Below are positions 9,679 to 20,361 of a stretch of 64,000 bases of DNA, piece by piece. Source of the DNA: an uncultured virus (IMG/VR IMGVR_UViG_3300027754_000077) (lineage: Duplodnaviria; Heunggongvirae; Uroviricota; Caudoviricetes). A program made the translations under genes and the position numbers. The notes under the pieces were generated by a model. That model saw nothing but the letters and a program-made list of their open reading frames with translations, did no database searches and was not told where the DNA came from. Where the stretch lies: the IMG/VR virus record IMGVR_UViG_3300027754_000077; one strand, 5' to 3'. The number at the start of each line of letters is the position of its first letter. The first letter of the stretch is position 1.

Positions 9679-11786
9679 TGAATAACAAAAATAAAAACAA
9701 ACAAAAAATTGAGCAAAGAGAGCAAATGATTCGAGATGCTGCAAAGCTCGAACAGTTTTTTGCAAATGTTTTTGGCGAGCCAATAGATGAAATTGAATAT
9801 TCAAACAGGTATGAAGTTCCACCACCAGAGCCTAAAGACCAAACAAAATACAATAAAAATAATCTTGTTGATATAGAAACTTTCATTATACATCCTTACT
9901 TTTTAAATTTAAAGCCTTATCCTTGGCAAATTTTGGCATTAAAATTGTTTTATGCTGGTTCAGAAGGTAATACAAATGTTGAATTTAATGAAACAAAGAA
10001 AGAAGATGTAGCTGGATGTAAGAATTGTGTTTGGGAGTATGTAGTTGAAAATGAAAATAATTGTGCAAAAGCAATCGAACAAGAAGAAAATTATTTATCT
10101 ATTCTTTCCCCAATAAACTCAAGATGTTTAAAATGCTCAAGATGCCCATTACAAACAAGAAAAATAAGATTAGAGCATGAAATAAAAGCCGCAAATGATA
10201 AAGACGGTGAGCAAATGTTGAGAGACATTTATGAAGAAGACACAGAAGATTTTTTTCAGTCAGAAATGGATTTAATTGATGAAATTCCTGATGAAGCTGT
10301 AAAAATGCAAATCAAAAAGAAATTACGCAATAAGTTTCAAGAATTAGTTCTAATAATTGGTCGTCGAGGCAGTAAATCATTTATGACTGTAGCAATTGCC
10401 CTTTACGAGCTGTACAGACTATTGTCAATGAAGCATCCACAAAAAAAATTAAGATTGCCTGATTTTGGTGAAATTTTCATACTCAATGTGGCTAAAAATG
10501 AAGACCAAGCAAAAGACTCAATCTTTACACCCATGAAAAATAGCGCTGTAGCCTCTCCATTTTTTCAAAAATATATTGGTGTGGATAATGCTTTGGAAAT
10601 GAAATTTTTAACAGAAAGAGATATTGAAGAAAATATCAGAAGACAAGAAAGAGGACTAACACCTTTGGATGGAACAATCATTTTAAAATGTGGTTCTTCA
10701 TCAGCTTCAGGATTGGTTGGTAAAACTTGTTGGTGCATTATTTTAGATGAGCTCGCTGCTATGGCAGGTGATAATCCAAATTCAGGTGTTGATAAAAAAT
10801 TATATAATGATTTAAAACCATCGTTAACAACATTTGGAAAAGATGGAAAAATTATTTGCCTATCAAACCCTAAAGGTCCATTTGGACAACTTTACACACT
10901 TTATAATTCAAGACTTGAAGACAGCATGACTCTTATTTTGAAACTTCCAACATGGCAAATTAATGCAAATGTGGACAAACTTTGGCTTGAAGGTGAAAAA
11001 AGAAGAGATCCAGTTGAGTACAATATGCAATACGGAGCTGAATTTGGATCTAATTCTCAAGATCCATACTTAAGTCCAGAAGATGTTGCTTATGCTTTTG
11101 AAAATTCAACAAAGATTACTAGAACAGAGTTAAGAGAACCTGGCTTAATAGATTATTATTGTCATGTTGATCCTGCAAACAGATCAGATTATTATGCAAT
11201 TGCAGTAGTTCACGCTGTATCAACTGGCGAATTAGATTTACAAGGTAGACCTATCAAAAAATTCTTTGTTGATCACATGCAATTCTGGGCTCCTCTAAAA
11301 ATGAAACAACCAGTTCCTATAAGAGAAGTAGAAGAATATATTTTAGAATTGCATAATAAATTTAGATTCAAACAGATATCTTTTGATCAATGGGGTAGCC
11401 CTGAAACTATATCTAAACTGTCTGCACAAGGTTTACCTGTTGTGTTGAAAGTTTTCAATAAAGAATACAAAGATAAAATTTATCTGCATTTATTAGAAGC
11501 TTTTAGAGATAAAAGAATTGAATTTTACAAAATGTCTGCTGGAAAAGTTAAAGATGTTAAAGGAAATATAATTGATATAAACGAGATTGTTGAAGCCAAA
11601 GATCAGTTTACTTTTCTGCAAAAGAAGTGGCGAAATGGAAGACAAATCATTGAAGCTTTAACATCATATAAAGATGATCTTTGTGATGCTGTCGCTGCTG
11701 CTATTTATGAAAGCAATTCACAATCTTCAGTTGTCCAAACATTACCGCGATCAAGGGTTGCTTACACTGGTCGAATTTTTAGGTAA
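9678..11786 (+). CDS. terL: Terminase large subunit
   Basis: Walker A IIGRRGSKS, Walker B CIILDELA, LSNP coupling motif, nuclease HVDPA and KDDLCDAVA; Cys-rich insertion in the N-terminal part. Confidence 0.92.
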   Translation: MNNKNKNKQKIEQREQMIRDAAKLEQFFANVFGEPIDEIEYSNRYEVPPPEPKDQTKYNKNNLVDIETFIIHPYFLNLKPYPWQILALKLFYAGSEGNTNVEFNETKKEDVAGCKNCVWEYVVENENNCAKAIEQEENYLSILSPINSRCLKCSRCPLQTRKIRLEHEIKAANDKDGEQMLRDIYEEDTEDFFQSEMDLIDEIPDEAVKMQIKKKLRNKFQELVLIIGRRGSKSFMTVAIALYELYRLLSMKHPQKKLRLPDFGEIFILNVAKNEDQAKDSIFTPMKNSAVASPFFQKYIGVDNALEMKFLTERDIEENIRRQERGLTPLDGTIILKCGSSSASGLVGKTCWCIILDELAAMAGDNPNSGVDKKLYNDLKPSLTTFGKDGKIICLSNPKGPFGQLYTLYNSRLEDSMTLILKLPTWQINANVDKLWLEGEKRRDPVEYNMQYGAEFGSNSQDPYLSPEDVAYAFENSTKITRTELREPGLIDYYCHVDPANRSDYYAIAVVHAVSTGELDLQGRPIKKFFVDHMQFWAPLKMKQPVPIREVEEYILELHNKFRFKQISFDQWGSPETISKLSAQGLPVVLKVFNKEYKDKIYLHLLEAFRDKRIEFYKMSAGKVKDVKGNIIDINEIVEAKDQFTFLQKKWRNGRQIIEALTSYKDDLCDAVAAAIYESNSQSSVVQTLPRSRVAYTGRIFR

Positions 11787-11815
11787 AATACAAATTAATT
11801 TAGAAATAATCTTTG

Positions 11816-12874
11816 ATGAGTAAAAGGCTTGCAAATTTTGGAGGAGTAGGTGGTCAATATGCACCTTTTTCACCGGGAGGTTCACCTCAGTTTAGAGGAG
11901 GTCCATCTGGATATGCAGGTTATGGTATTAACAATTTTAGTGGAGATACATCTTTGGATGATTTAATGGGTCGCTACAGAAAACCAGAAATTTTAGGTGA
12001 TTATGAAAGACCTTTAGAAACTTTGCTAGAAACATTTCATAAAAGTTTAGAATCTGATATACCTTCATACTTACTATCTCCAGAAGAAAGAAAAGAACTA
12101 AGCGTTAAACAAAAAATCAGAAACAAAGAACAATATATAAAAGATCTTTCAAAAAAAAATGTTGAAAACAAAACTGAAATAATTCACAAAAAATTAAATA
12201 CAGTAGAAGATTTGCTTGAAAACTTTAGAAAAAACACAAATATAGATTTTTCTAAACATGCGTCAGTGGTTTATCCTGATGATGCGCCAATGGAAATAAG
12301 ATTGAACAATGAAAAAAATGGTCCTGATTCTTTTAGAAGAGAGAGAACATCTTTACCAACATCCAGCGAACAGCTAACACCTTGGGAGGAATACAAAAAT
12401 GATCCCTACGCTTATGCTCAATATTCTGAGGCATTTACTGGAATAGCTCCACAATACGAATTAGGTATGGGGGTTGATAAGTACATTAAGGATTTAAATA
12501 ATCCAACATTCCCCGATAACCATAACATGCAAAATTCCACGCTTTTAATTAATACACCAGAAGAATCACAAACTTTTCATGATTACAAAGGTTCATTAAA
12601 TCCATTGCCCTCTCAAATTACAAATGATGCAAAAAAGAACAATCAACCTCTGGAAATAAAATTAAGAAAACTCAAAAAATCACCCAAAGGAATTGATAGA
12701 TTGGATCCAGATATGTTTTATGGTATAGATTGGGACGCATGGTTAAAAGGACGATTTCCAGAAAGAGGATATGTTAGTTCTACTCCTTGGGGTAATGATA
12801 CATTAGGTACAAATTCTACAATTGAAAACCCTGATACGACAAATAGCCCATATAATGGCATAGGAATTCTTTAA
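11816..12874 (+). CDS. Hypothetical protein, probably head-associated
   Basis: Long ORF with Gly/Pro-rich N-terminus between terL and portal. Confidence 0.55.
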   Translation: MSKRLANFGGVGGQYAPFSPGGSPQFRGGPSGYAGYGINNFSGDTSLDDLMGRYRKPEILGDYERPLETLLETFHKSLESDIPSYLLSPEERKELSVKQKIRNKEQYIKDLSKKNVENKTEIIHKKLNTVEDLLENFRKNTNIDFSKHASVVYPDDAPMEIRLNNEKNGPDSFRRERTSLPTSSEQLTPWEEYKNDPYAYAQYSEAFTGIAPQYELGMGVDKYIKDLNNPTFPDNHNMQNSTLLINTPEESQTFHDYKGSLNPLPSQITNDAKKNNQPLEIKLRKLKKSPKGIDRLDPDMFYGIDWDAWLKGRFPERGYVSSTPWGNDTLGTNSTIENPDTTNSPYNGIGIL

Positions 12875-13314
12875 TGAAAGAGGTTTTAAAAGCAATTGAT
12901 CTATTGGAGCGTAATGGTAACTTTAAAATGGCAGATAAGTTTCAAAATGAAATGATTAAATTAGCTGCTTTTCCATATAACTTAACAAGTTTGGATGAAT
13001 TACCACTTTCTGCAAGATTTTATACCTGGAAAAGAAATGAAAAAGATTTTCAAGAATTTGATAGAAAATTTTATGAAGAATTAAAGTGGAGAATACCAGA
13101 TTACAGAAATTTAAATACTGATGATGACGAAAAATTAAATTTAGAGGGCGCAATGCATGGGGAGGATCCTGTTCCTGGTCCAGCTTATGTAGACCCAGGT
13201 AATCTTGCCTCTTCTCCCTCAATGAATGGTAGTTTAGATTACTTTACTTGGGATGAAGCTCATGATTCTAATCAGGGTCCAAATTATTGGAAAAATTTGT
13301 TACCAAGAAGGTAA
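12874..13314 (+). CDS. Hypothetical protein with shared N-terminal L[DE]xxG..AD leader
   Basis: AIDLLERNGNFKMADKFQNEMIKLAA matches leaders in other ORFs of this window. Confidence 0.6.
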   Translation: MKEVLKAIDLLERNGNFKMADKFQNEMIKLAAFPYNLTSLDELPLSARFYTWKRNEKDFQEFDRKFYEELKWRIPDYRNLNTDDDEKLNLEGAMHGEDPVPGPAYVDPGNLASSPSMNGSLDYFTWDEAHDSNQGPNYWKNLLPRR

Positions 13315-13341
13315 AATATCAACTAAAAAGAAAATAATACT

Positions 13342-13791
13342 ATGCCTCAGCCAATCATACCAATACATCAACAAGAATCATTATCAATCACTTTTGGTGA
13401 CTCATTACAGCCAGAATTTCAGCTTTCTGAGCTTCAATCAATTTTGTTGAAATCTACTGCATCTGTTAACAAGAATAAAAAATATTCAATTAATACAATT
13501 GAAGCTCTTAAAGATATTGACAAAAACACAGATTTTGTTGTCAGTGCTATTCACGACACGAATGAAAGATATTGCTCAATACCAAATTCAATAGATTCTG
13601 AAACAATTTTAGCTCTTCGAGCCGAAGGTTTAATTTCTGGCAATGGTAGGTCTGTTAAAATAACTGATAGAGGTAGAACAGCTTTGCGCGATTCGTATTT
13701 ATCTACAAAAAATGCTTTGAATGAAAATCGTGCTTCGGAAAAATTTGACTTCCACACATTTTCAAGATTGGCAAGTAAAAAAGGAGAATAA
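13342..13791 (+). CDS. Hypothetical protein with winged-helix-like C-terminal segment
   Basis: LRAEGLISGNGRSVKITDRGRTAL resembles a wHTH wing. Confidence 0.5.
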   Translation: MPQPIIPIHQQESLSITFGDSLQPEFQLSELQSILLKSTASVNKNKKYSINTIEALKDIDKNTDFVVSAIHDTNERYCSIPNSIDSETILALRAEGLISGNGRSVKITDRGRTALRDSYLSTKNALNENRASEKFDFHTFSRLASKKGE

Positions 13792-15470
13792 TGTTAAACT
13801 TTATAGTTAATGACAGAAATAAACTTGCGCAACTTATTAAGCAAGCTCAAAAAGAAACTAATTCATTGAAACCTTCACAAGTTTTTGAAATGTTTATAAA
13901 AATTGCTCAAAATGAGAAGTATGATGATTTTAGCAATCTAGATTATGATTTAAATGAAATGTTTAAAAATGATAATTTCAGTGAATCAGAAAGACGAAAT
14001 ATTTTGGATGAAATGTATCTAAACCAAACAGATAAAGTAAAACAAATACAAAAATACCTTAAAAAAATAAATGAAAATTTTGCATTAATTTATACTTACG
14101 CAAAAAGCAAAATTCAACCAAATTCAAAATACGCAGAAAGCCTTGAGGATGGATTATCAAATATGTTTTTGTATGAAAAGAATGACAAAAAAAATCTTAG
14201 AAATATTTATAGATACATTTTGCAACCTCTTTTCAGTGGCGAAGGAGCAAATGTTAAAAAAGCTATAAATTCAATTTGGGGTAGCATTATGCAAGAAGCT
14301 CAAAACGTTACAATTCCATCAAACGTTGATAAAGATGAATTTATTAGTAGTAGAACAGAATCAGATAAAATTCAAGAACAAAAAAATAAACAAACATATG
14401 AAATTTCAGGTGATATTGAAGATAAAATCAACGCAGTTTCAAATATATTTAATAAATTCACTTCTAACCCAGAAAACTTTTTGATGAGCTATTACATAAA
14501 CCCACAATTGCCTAAGGGAATGGAAGAAGAAGGTTTAGAATCATTAATGCAAAAACATTTGAGGCTAAAATCGGCAATTGAAAATGCTAATTCAGATGAA
14601 GAATCTTTGCAAGCTCAAGCAGATTATGATGAATTTTATAAATACATAACTGATGAATTTATTCCAAAAAGAATGGGACCAACAAGATACACTCCTGGAA
14701 ATATAACATCTGAGTTTACTAAATTGGACTTAGAAAAAGAAGTAAATGAATATTTAGAAAAAATAAATATTGAGAATCTTGTGGAGGACATTTTGCAATC
14801 AAATTTTTACACTTTACCTAAGTGGGCAAGAGAATATGCAACGGCAGATGAACAAAAGAAATATTTGATAAAAGAAATCATGATATCGCTCATTAAATCT
14901 GAAGCAATTCTTGGGTTTAAACGAAAAATGAATGTGGCTTTAACACGATCCTATGGAAAATTCGTTGGGACAGGAAAAAGTCAAAAACTGGCGCAAATAA
15001 ATATTTTAATTCATTCATTGCAAGTGTCTATCAAAAAAATTATTCAAGATCCTGAAGAACAACAAGAATTATTAGAAAGAGCCTTAAATATTATTTTCAA
15101 AAAGACAACAATTTCTGAAGAAGACTTGAAAAAAGATTTAAGATATACTCTTTTTCAACATGTCACGCCAATGATTATTTCAGGTTTAAGAACTAGAGCT
15201 GAAAAAAAATACAATAAAAGTTTTCAAGACTTAAACAATCAAGAAAAAGAACAAGTAGTTGAAGAAATTCTATCAACAGTATATCCAGTCTTCCCGTATA
15301 CAGATACAACTCCAGCTAAATACATCAGCAAAAATTTTGACGAACTTGAAGATTCTAATATTCCTAAAGAACAATTGAGAAAATTATTTGGAGTAGAAAA
15401 TGACGAAAAAAATATTGCTGAAAGTAGTATTCTTAATACATTGATCAAAAAATATGCTTTTAAAAATTAG
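13791..15470 (+). CDS. Hypothetical helical protein, probably internal head protein
   Basis: 559-aa ORF with IKQAQ/IKIAQ motifs near the N-terminus. Confidence 0.55.
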   Translation: MLNFIVNDRNKLAQLIKQAQKETNSLKPSQVFEMFIKIAQNEKYDDFSNLDYDLNEMFKNDNFSESERRNILDEMYLNQTDKVKQIQKYLKKINENFALIYTYAKSKIQPNSKYAESLEDGLSNMFLYEKNDKKNLRNIYRYILQPLFSGEGANVKKAINSIWGSIMQEAQNVTIPSNVDKDEFISSRTESDKIQEQKNKQTYEISGDIEDKINAVSNIFNKFTSNPENFLMSYYINPQLPKGMEEEGLESLMQKHLRLKSAIENANSDEESLQAQADYDEFYKYITDEFIPKRMGPTRYTPGNITSEFTKLDLEKEVNEYLEKINIENLVEDILQSNFYTLPKWAREYATADEQKKYLIKEIMISLIKSEAILGFKRKMNVALTRSYGKFVGTGKSQKLAQINILIHSLQVSIKKIIQDPEEQQELLERALNIIFKKTTISEEDLKKDLRYTLFQHVTPMIISGLRTRAEKKYNKSFQDLNNQEKEQVVEEILSTVYPVFPYTDTTPAKYISKNFDELEDSNIPKEQLRKLFGVENDEKNIAESSILNTLIKKYAFKN

Positions 15471-15822
15471 ATTTACGGCTAATACGCCTGATACTCTTGC
15501 CAAAGGCTTGATGCATTCTGCTCCTTTGGATAAAAATGAATGTGCTTTTTTTGTTTTTAATTATTTAGATGATCATAGTTTTTGGAATAAAAATGTTGGA
15601 TATCCAATAAGTTTGTTTTTTTTAGATGAAAATTTTGAAATAAAAAACATAGGTAAATTGGAGGCTAACCAAGAGAAACCTTGTAGATCTGAATACCCTT
15701 TAACGAAATATGTAATTGAAGGACATTCAGATCTACCTGTAGAATTTGATATAAGGGTAGGAGATTTTTGTTTACCTGATAATAATATAATAAAGGTATT
15801 AAAGGTAAAAAGAAATTCTTAA
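15454..15822 (+). CDS. DUF192-family protein
   Basis: A.TP..LAKGLM...FVF...FWNKNV.YPISLFFLD...YVIE pattern. Confidence 0.75.
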   Translation: MLLKIRFTANTPDTLAKGLMHSAPLDKNECAFFVFNYLDDHSFWNKNVGYPISLFFLDENFEIKNIGKLEANQEKPCRSEYPLTKYVIEGHSDLPVEFDIRVGDFCLPDNNIIKVLKVKRNS

Positions 15823-15849
15823 AGAATACTTTAAATATCGGAGTAAAAA

Positions 15850-17301
15850 ATGGCAGATAGAGTTTTTCCAAATAATTTAAGCGTGAATATGGGTTCGAAA
15901 ATTACATTTTCTGGAATTGACTGGGATGTTGTTGAAAATAACATCCAAAATCAAAAATTCGCAAACAATCAATCAAATGAAATACAAGCTTTGTTAAAAT
16001 TAGCAACTGTAAACCCTGAAATTGAAGAAATTTTCAATGAAGCTTTTAATAATCATCCTGATATTAAAAATCTAGATCCAGAAACAAAAGAAAAATTAAG
16101 AGTCGAATTGAAAGAAAAAATTGACCCTAATATGACTGTAGATACACTTTATAATGAAATAAGCAAACTTCCCGACATGAAAGATCAAGATAAAAATCAA
16201 AATGAAAATGTATCAGTTTCTAATTCAAATGGAAAAATGGAAAAACTTTCAATCATGAAATCATATTTGAATCCAGATTCTGAACTATATAACTTTGAAT
16301 TTTATCCAAATAACTCATGGGTCAAAGAACTAATAATAAAATTGGCTGATGGCAAAGTTTACCTAAAGGCTGCAGTAAAAGAAGGATTGAAAGATTATGT
16401 ATATACAATTGATAGATCAAATTCAGAATTGTATCAAGAGTTTTTAGAAAATCTTTATGAATTGAAGAAATCTGATGGTGAGTCAGGAGTTGGAAGATTT
16501 ATAACCAAAGCCAGAAAAGACAATGTTTTGAAAGATTTTGTTGAAGATGAACCAGAAATGACAGATGAATCTGAAACAAATGAAAAAGACAATGAAACTC
16601 TTGAAGATCCTGCAAACCGAAACGAGTTTGCGTTGACCAATAATAATACCATGAAAAAAATAGCATTTACACATCCAAATCAAATAAGCGCCGAAGCAAT
16701 TGAAGCTGCAAAAGCTGCTGGCGACACAAAACTCGTCAATACAATCTTAGCAGCCAGAAAAGCTAATCGACAAAGAATTGCTTCAGCCATTGAAAAACAA
16801 TCTGAAATTTCCTCAAGAGTTGCTAGAAGAGAAAAAATTCTTAGAATGGCTGAAGAGAATTTGTTTACAGATGAAGAAATGTTAGATGATAATTTGGACC
16901 CAATGGACCCAAAGAATAAGAAAAAGGTTCCTGGAGATTTATCTCTTGACGCAACATTAGCTTTCAAATCACCTGAAAAATTTTCTACAGCACAACGAAA
17001 TGCTTTTAAGAAAATCGCTAAATCTCTTGGAATGCCAGAAGAATATATAAATGCAATGTGCAAGCCTGTAATTTCTCCTGAGGTCCAAAAGCTTAGTGAA
17101 GAAATTAAACAAGTATATTCTTCTAATGTTTCCAATAATGTGAAAAATTCTTTAATTAAGACAATGATTAAAGAAGCTAAACTTTCAACAGAATCAAAAA
17201 ATGAATTCATTCGTTATTGGAATGAAACTTTAGATTATCAAGACAAGCAATTTTACAAAGATGTTGCTGCAGATTATGTAAACGGAAAGAAGGTGAACTA
17301 A
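15850..17301 (+). CDS. Hypothetical protein, probably head-associated
   Basis: GGAG RBS, long ORF, multiple [KR]-x-A motifs. Confidence 0.6.
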   Translation: MADRVFPNNLSVNMGSKITFSGIDWDVVENNIQNQKFANNQSNEIQALLKLATVNPEIEEIFNEAFNNHPDIKNLDPETKEKLRVELKEKIDPNMTVDTLYNEISKLPDMKDQDKNQNENVSVSNSNGKMEKLSIMKSYLNPDSELYNFEFYPNNSWVKELIIKLADGKVYLKAAVKEGLKDYVYTIDRSNSELYQEFLENLYELKKSDGESGVGRFITKARKDNVLKDFVEDEPEMTDESETNEKDNETLEDPANRNEFALTNNNTMKKIAFTHPNQISAEAIEAAKAAGDTKLVNTILAARKANRQRIASAIEKQSEISSRVARREKILRMAEENLFTDEEMLDDNLDPMDPKNKKKVPGDLSLDATLAFKSPEKFSTAQRNAFKKIAKSLGMPEEYINAMCKPVISPEVQKLSEEIKQVYSSNVSNNVKNSLIKTMIKEAKLSTESKNEFIRYWNETLDYQDKQFYKDVAADYVNGKKVN

Positions 17302-17304
17302 ATA

Positions 17305-18120
17305 ATGTCTATTTTTCGAAAAGCTTATGAATTAGATTCTTTACCTGCATCAGTTTCAGATGCATTATTTGAAAATAATCATATTACTATTGAAGATGAA
17401 TTTGAACACTTGATTAGAGAAGCTTCTAGTGCTCAAAATAAAGCAGTGTATGATAGTCGGCTTAAAAACTTCAAAGAAGGTCAAGCGTCTGTCAAAGATT
17501 TTGAAAAACCTCAACCTGCAAGATATGCTGAAGTAGAAGGTGGAATTAGAAGAGCCGGATACGGTCAAAGGTTCAACAATGAACATTCTGAGCTATTTGG
17601 TCAAGAAAAAATTAGATCTTTAAGTTTTGATAACAATAAATATGCTGAAAACTTATTGAATAATGGTTTTTCAATATGGGAACCTGAATTTGATGAACTT
17701 GAAAATGCATTTAATGAATCTCAAGAGCAACAAAATGCCATTTTTGACAGAAGAACAGCTGCTGAAAAGAAAGCTGTAGTGCATAAAAATTGGGAAGCTG
17801 AACAATCAAGCAAAATTAGAAAAACAAATATTTTACCATACAGAGGTTTAGGTATTAGCAGGCTCGCTAATGAAACTCCTATTCATCATGGTGATTTTAA
17901 TTCAGTTAATGATTTTTATGCTGAAGCACATGATTCAATTAGAGAAATGAGTCGTGCTGCAAACTCAGAAAGAAAAACTTCTATTACAAGAAAAGGTATT
18001 GATCCTAATGAAAGAAGAGATCAGTGGGAAAATAAAGAGGCTATTGCAGCTAGGACAATGAAATCTCTTGAATCATCTTCTTTACTTGTGAAATTTGCTG
18101 AAGGGTTAGAAATTGAATGA
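17305..18120 (+). CDS. Hypothetical protein, probably head-associated
   Basis: MSIFRKA N-terminus; in head operon. Confidence 0.55.
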   Translation: MSIFRKAYELDSLPASVSDALFENNHITIEDEFEHLIREASSAQNKAVYDSRLKNFKEGQASVKDFEKPQPARYAEVEGGIRRAGYGQRFNNEHSELFGQEKIRSLSFDNNKYAENLLNNGFSIWEPEFDELENAFNESQEQQNAIFDRRTAAEKKAVVHKNWEAEQSSKIRKTNILPYRGLGISRLANETPIHHGDFNSVNDFYAEAHDSIREMSRAANSERKTSITRKGIDPNERRDQWENKEAIAARTMKSLESSSLLVKFAEGLEIE

Positions 18121-18920
18121 AGAAACTTGCTCAAGCTGGTGGAATTACTTTGGATCAAGCAATTAAAGAGCTTGAATCAATTAAGAATTCCAAAAACAAA
18201 GATGCAAAATTTCAACAAATAGAAAATTTAAGAAGCCAAGTTCAAACCCCTTTAATTTCTGAAAAATTAGGTGAAATTATTGGCAGTATAGAGGCAAATA
18301 GTGATATTGTCACCAAGGATCCTATCAGTGGTAAACCCTACCCTAATTCTGAAACAAAAATAAACGAATTAATTAAACATTTACAGCAAATGAAACAAGC
18401 AGGAGAACAACAAAAAATGAGCAGTAATAGTTTCAACTTCAATAAATACTCTCAAGAGAAAAAGCAAGATAAAAAGAAATCTCGTGGAAATCCTTTTAGA
18501 GTATTGATGGGAAAAATAGGTAAGCTTCTCGATCATGGTCTTGAGAAAAAAGAAATTGTAAGATATCTCAAGAAAGAAAACATTTGGGACGAAAAAACTA
18601 TTGACAAGGCTGTTGGCATTGTAAAAGAATATAACAAGAAAAAACATAGAAAAAAGAACAAAGAAGTGGAAGCATCTACTCTTCCAAACACTGCAGAAGA
18701 GTGGGGAAGAATCAAACCAGATTATTCTAAAAGATCAAATGCTGAATTAATTACTTCAATTTGCTGGTTAAATTCACTTGCAAAAATAGATCCTAAAAAA
18801 ACTTCTTTTGCTAAAGAGGTTGCAGATCGTTCTGGCGTGAAAACTATGATAAGAGAGATTAAATCAGAGCTGCTTGAAAGAGGAATGTCTCAATCTGAAC
18901 TTAATCTAATCTTAAAGTGA
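18117..18920 (+). CDS. Hypothetical basic protein, probably head-associated
   Basis: MKKLAQ start; KKKSRGNPFRVLMGK segment. Confidence 0.55.
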   Translation: MKKLAQAGGITLDQAIKELESIKNSKNKDAKFQQIENLRSQVQTPLISEKLGEIIGSIEANSDIVTKDPISGKPYPNSETKINELIKHLQQMKQAGEQQKMSSNSFNFNKYSQEKKQDKKKSRGNPFRVLMGKIGKLLDHGLEKKEIVRYLKKENIWDEKTIDKAVGIVKEYNKKKHRKKNKEVEASTLPNTAEEWGRIKPDYSKRSNAELITSICWLNSLAKIDPKKTSFAKEVADRSGVKTMIREIKSELLERGMSQSELNLILK

Positions 18921-18924
18921 AAAT

Positions 18925-19989
18925 ATGAAAAAATTAGCTGGAACTGATGTTATTGTATTAATGAAGTCTGCAATTAAAGATAATGCAGTACTAAAAGAAG
19001 CTCAATCATTAAAAAAAGATGATTTTGAAAATGATGATTTGCTTGTTAATATGTTTTTTAAATCTTTTCCTAATGGATTTTCTTCTTCAAATTTTAATTC
19101 TGTAAAAGTTGCTTCAGCGGTAAATGCATTAACGAATATCAAAAAAGAAATTGTTAATCAAGGCTTACGTAAAGCACACAATCTGATACAAAACATCAAT
19201 AACTCAAATAATGAGGCAGTTCTTTTGGAAAATACAGTAAGTGAATTTAAAAAAGAATCAAGTATTGATTTACAATTCAAAGCTGCAAAATTATTAAATT
19301 TTTTATCCGAATATATTGATGGTGAAAAAAACAAAATTGCAACAGCAAATGTTGTTACTAAAATAAATCAAGGCAAAATTGATGACGCTGCTGAAGATAT
19401 TAGATCAATATTTGCTTCAAAAAACCAAACAGATAATGTAAGAACAGCGTTCGTGACTATTAAACAACAAGTAGGTGAGGGATATCAAATGTGCCCTAAA
19501 GCAATTTACCAAAGTGGCTATCCAATTCCTATGGAAATCTCTAATTGTAGAAACTATTGCATTGATGCTCGTTTGCACCCAGATGGAACGGTTGGCTGTA
19601 ATTATGTAAAGTGGTTAAATGAAAACTTAATAACTCAAGAACAAGCTTTAAATTTATTTGATAAAATGGATTATGATAAAGATGAAATTGAGTTCATGAA
19701 TTTAGATAAAGGTGTTAGAACTAATTTTCCTATGTCAGATCAAGATTCACAAGACATGCGAATTTTAAGAGATGAAAAGTTAACAAAAAATGTAACTTCA
19801 AAACCTTGGGAACAGCAATTAGAAGAAAAACATCAAAAAACTGAAAAAAGAGAAGATGTAAAATTTAAAAACAGCATTGTTGCTTCAGATTCTGCTATTG
19901 AAAAAATTCTTTCTGAAATGAGAGATGTTTTTGATGAAGATGATCTAGATACTCTTGAAGAACAAATTAGAGCGGCAACAGGAGACTAA
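18925..19989 (+). CDS. Hypothetical protein with Cys cluster
   Basis: CPKA...CRNYC...C motif; in head operon. Confidence 0.55.
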   Translation: MKKLAGTDVIVLMKSAIKDNAVLKEAQSLKKDDFENDDLLVNMFFKSFPNGFSSSNFNSVKVASAVNALTNIKKEIVNQGLRKAHNLIQNINNSNNEAVLLENTVSEFKKESSIDLQFKAAKLLNFLSEYIDGEKNKIATANVVTKINQGKIDDAAEDIRSIFASKNQTDNVRTAFVTIKQQVGEGYQMCPKAIYQSGYPIPMEISNCRNYCIDARLHPDGTVGCNYVKWLNENLITQEQALNLFDKMDYDKDEIEFMNLDKGVRTNFPMSDQDSQDMRILRDEKLTKNVTSKPWEQQLEEKHQKTEKREDVKFKNSIVASDSAIEKILSEMRDVFDEDDLDTLEEQIRAATGD

Positions 19990-19991
19990 AA

Positions 19992-20306
19992 ATGTCCTGG
20001 TATCGATTTGCCAAAGATTATATTGATTTGTACACGGAGCAAATTCAAAACAAGGACAAAGCATTGTTTACAAATTCGCCCGATATTCCCAAGCCTGTAA
20101 AAAAAGATAATTTAAACTTAGAATCAGCTTTAGAAACAGAAAGAGAAAATATTGTTAAAAACCCTTCATTGATGAACGAAGTAAGGCAACCTGTTAGAAC
20201 AAAATCAACAGGTCAAGGTGCTCCATATTTATTAGAATCTAAAAAAGATTTGCCACTAAATCAAGATGATAATTACACAAGAATGTCAGATTGGAATACA
20301 AACTAG
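19992..20306 (+). CDS. Small protein with MSWYRFA N-terminal motif
   Basis: GGAG RBS; N-terminus shared with ORFs at 54104, 57979, 59727 and 61543. Confidence 0.6.
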   Translation: MSWYRFAKDYIDLYTEQIQNKDKALFTNSPDIPKPVKKDNLNLESALETERENIVKNPSLMNEVRQPVRTKSTGQGAPYLLESKKDLPLNQDDNYTRMSDWNTN

Positions 20307-20361
20307 GTTAATTTAAAGAAATTTCATAAAAATTAATGTACAAAAAACAAAGGAGTGAAAT

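Noticed and set aside
9678..11786. Intein or intron in terminase (also checked nrdA and nrdB)
   Set aside because: The ORFs are continuous; the Cys-rich terminase insertion lacks intein splice-junction motifs
16680..17210. 176-aa antisense ORF and similar short nested ORFs throughout the window
   Set aside because: Fully nested opposite longer genes, with Phe/Ser/Leu-rich mirror composition
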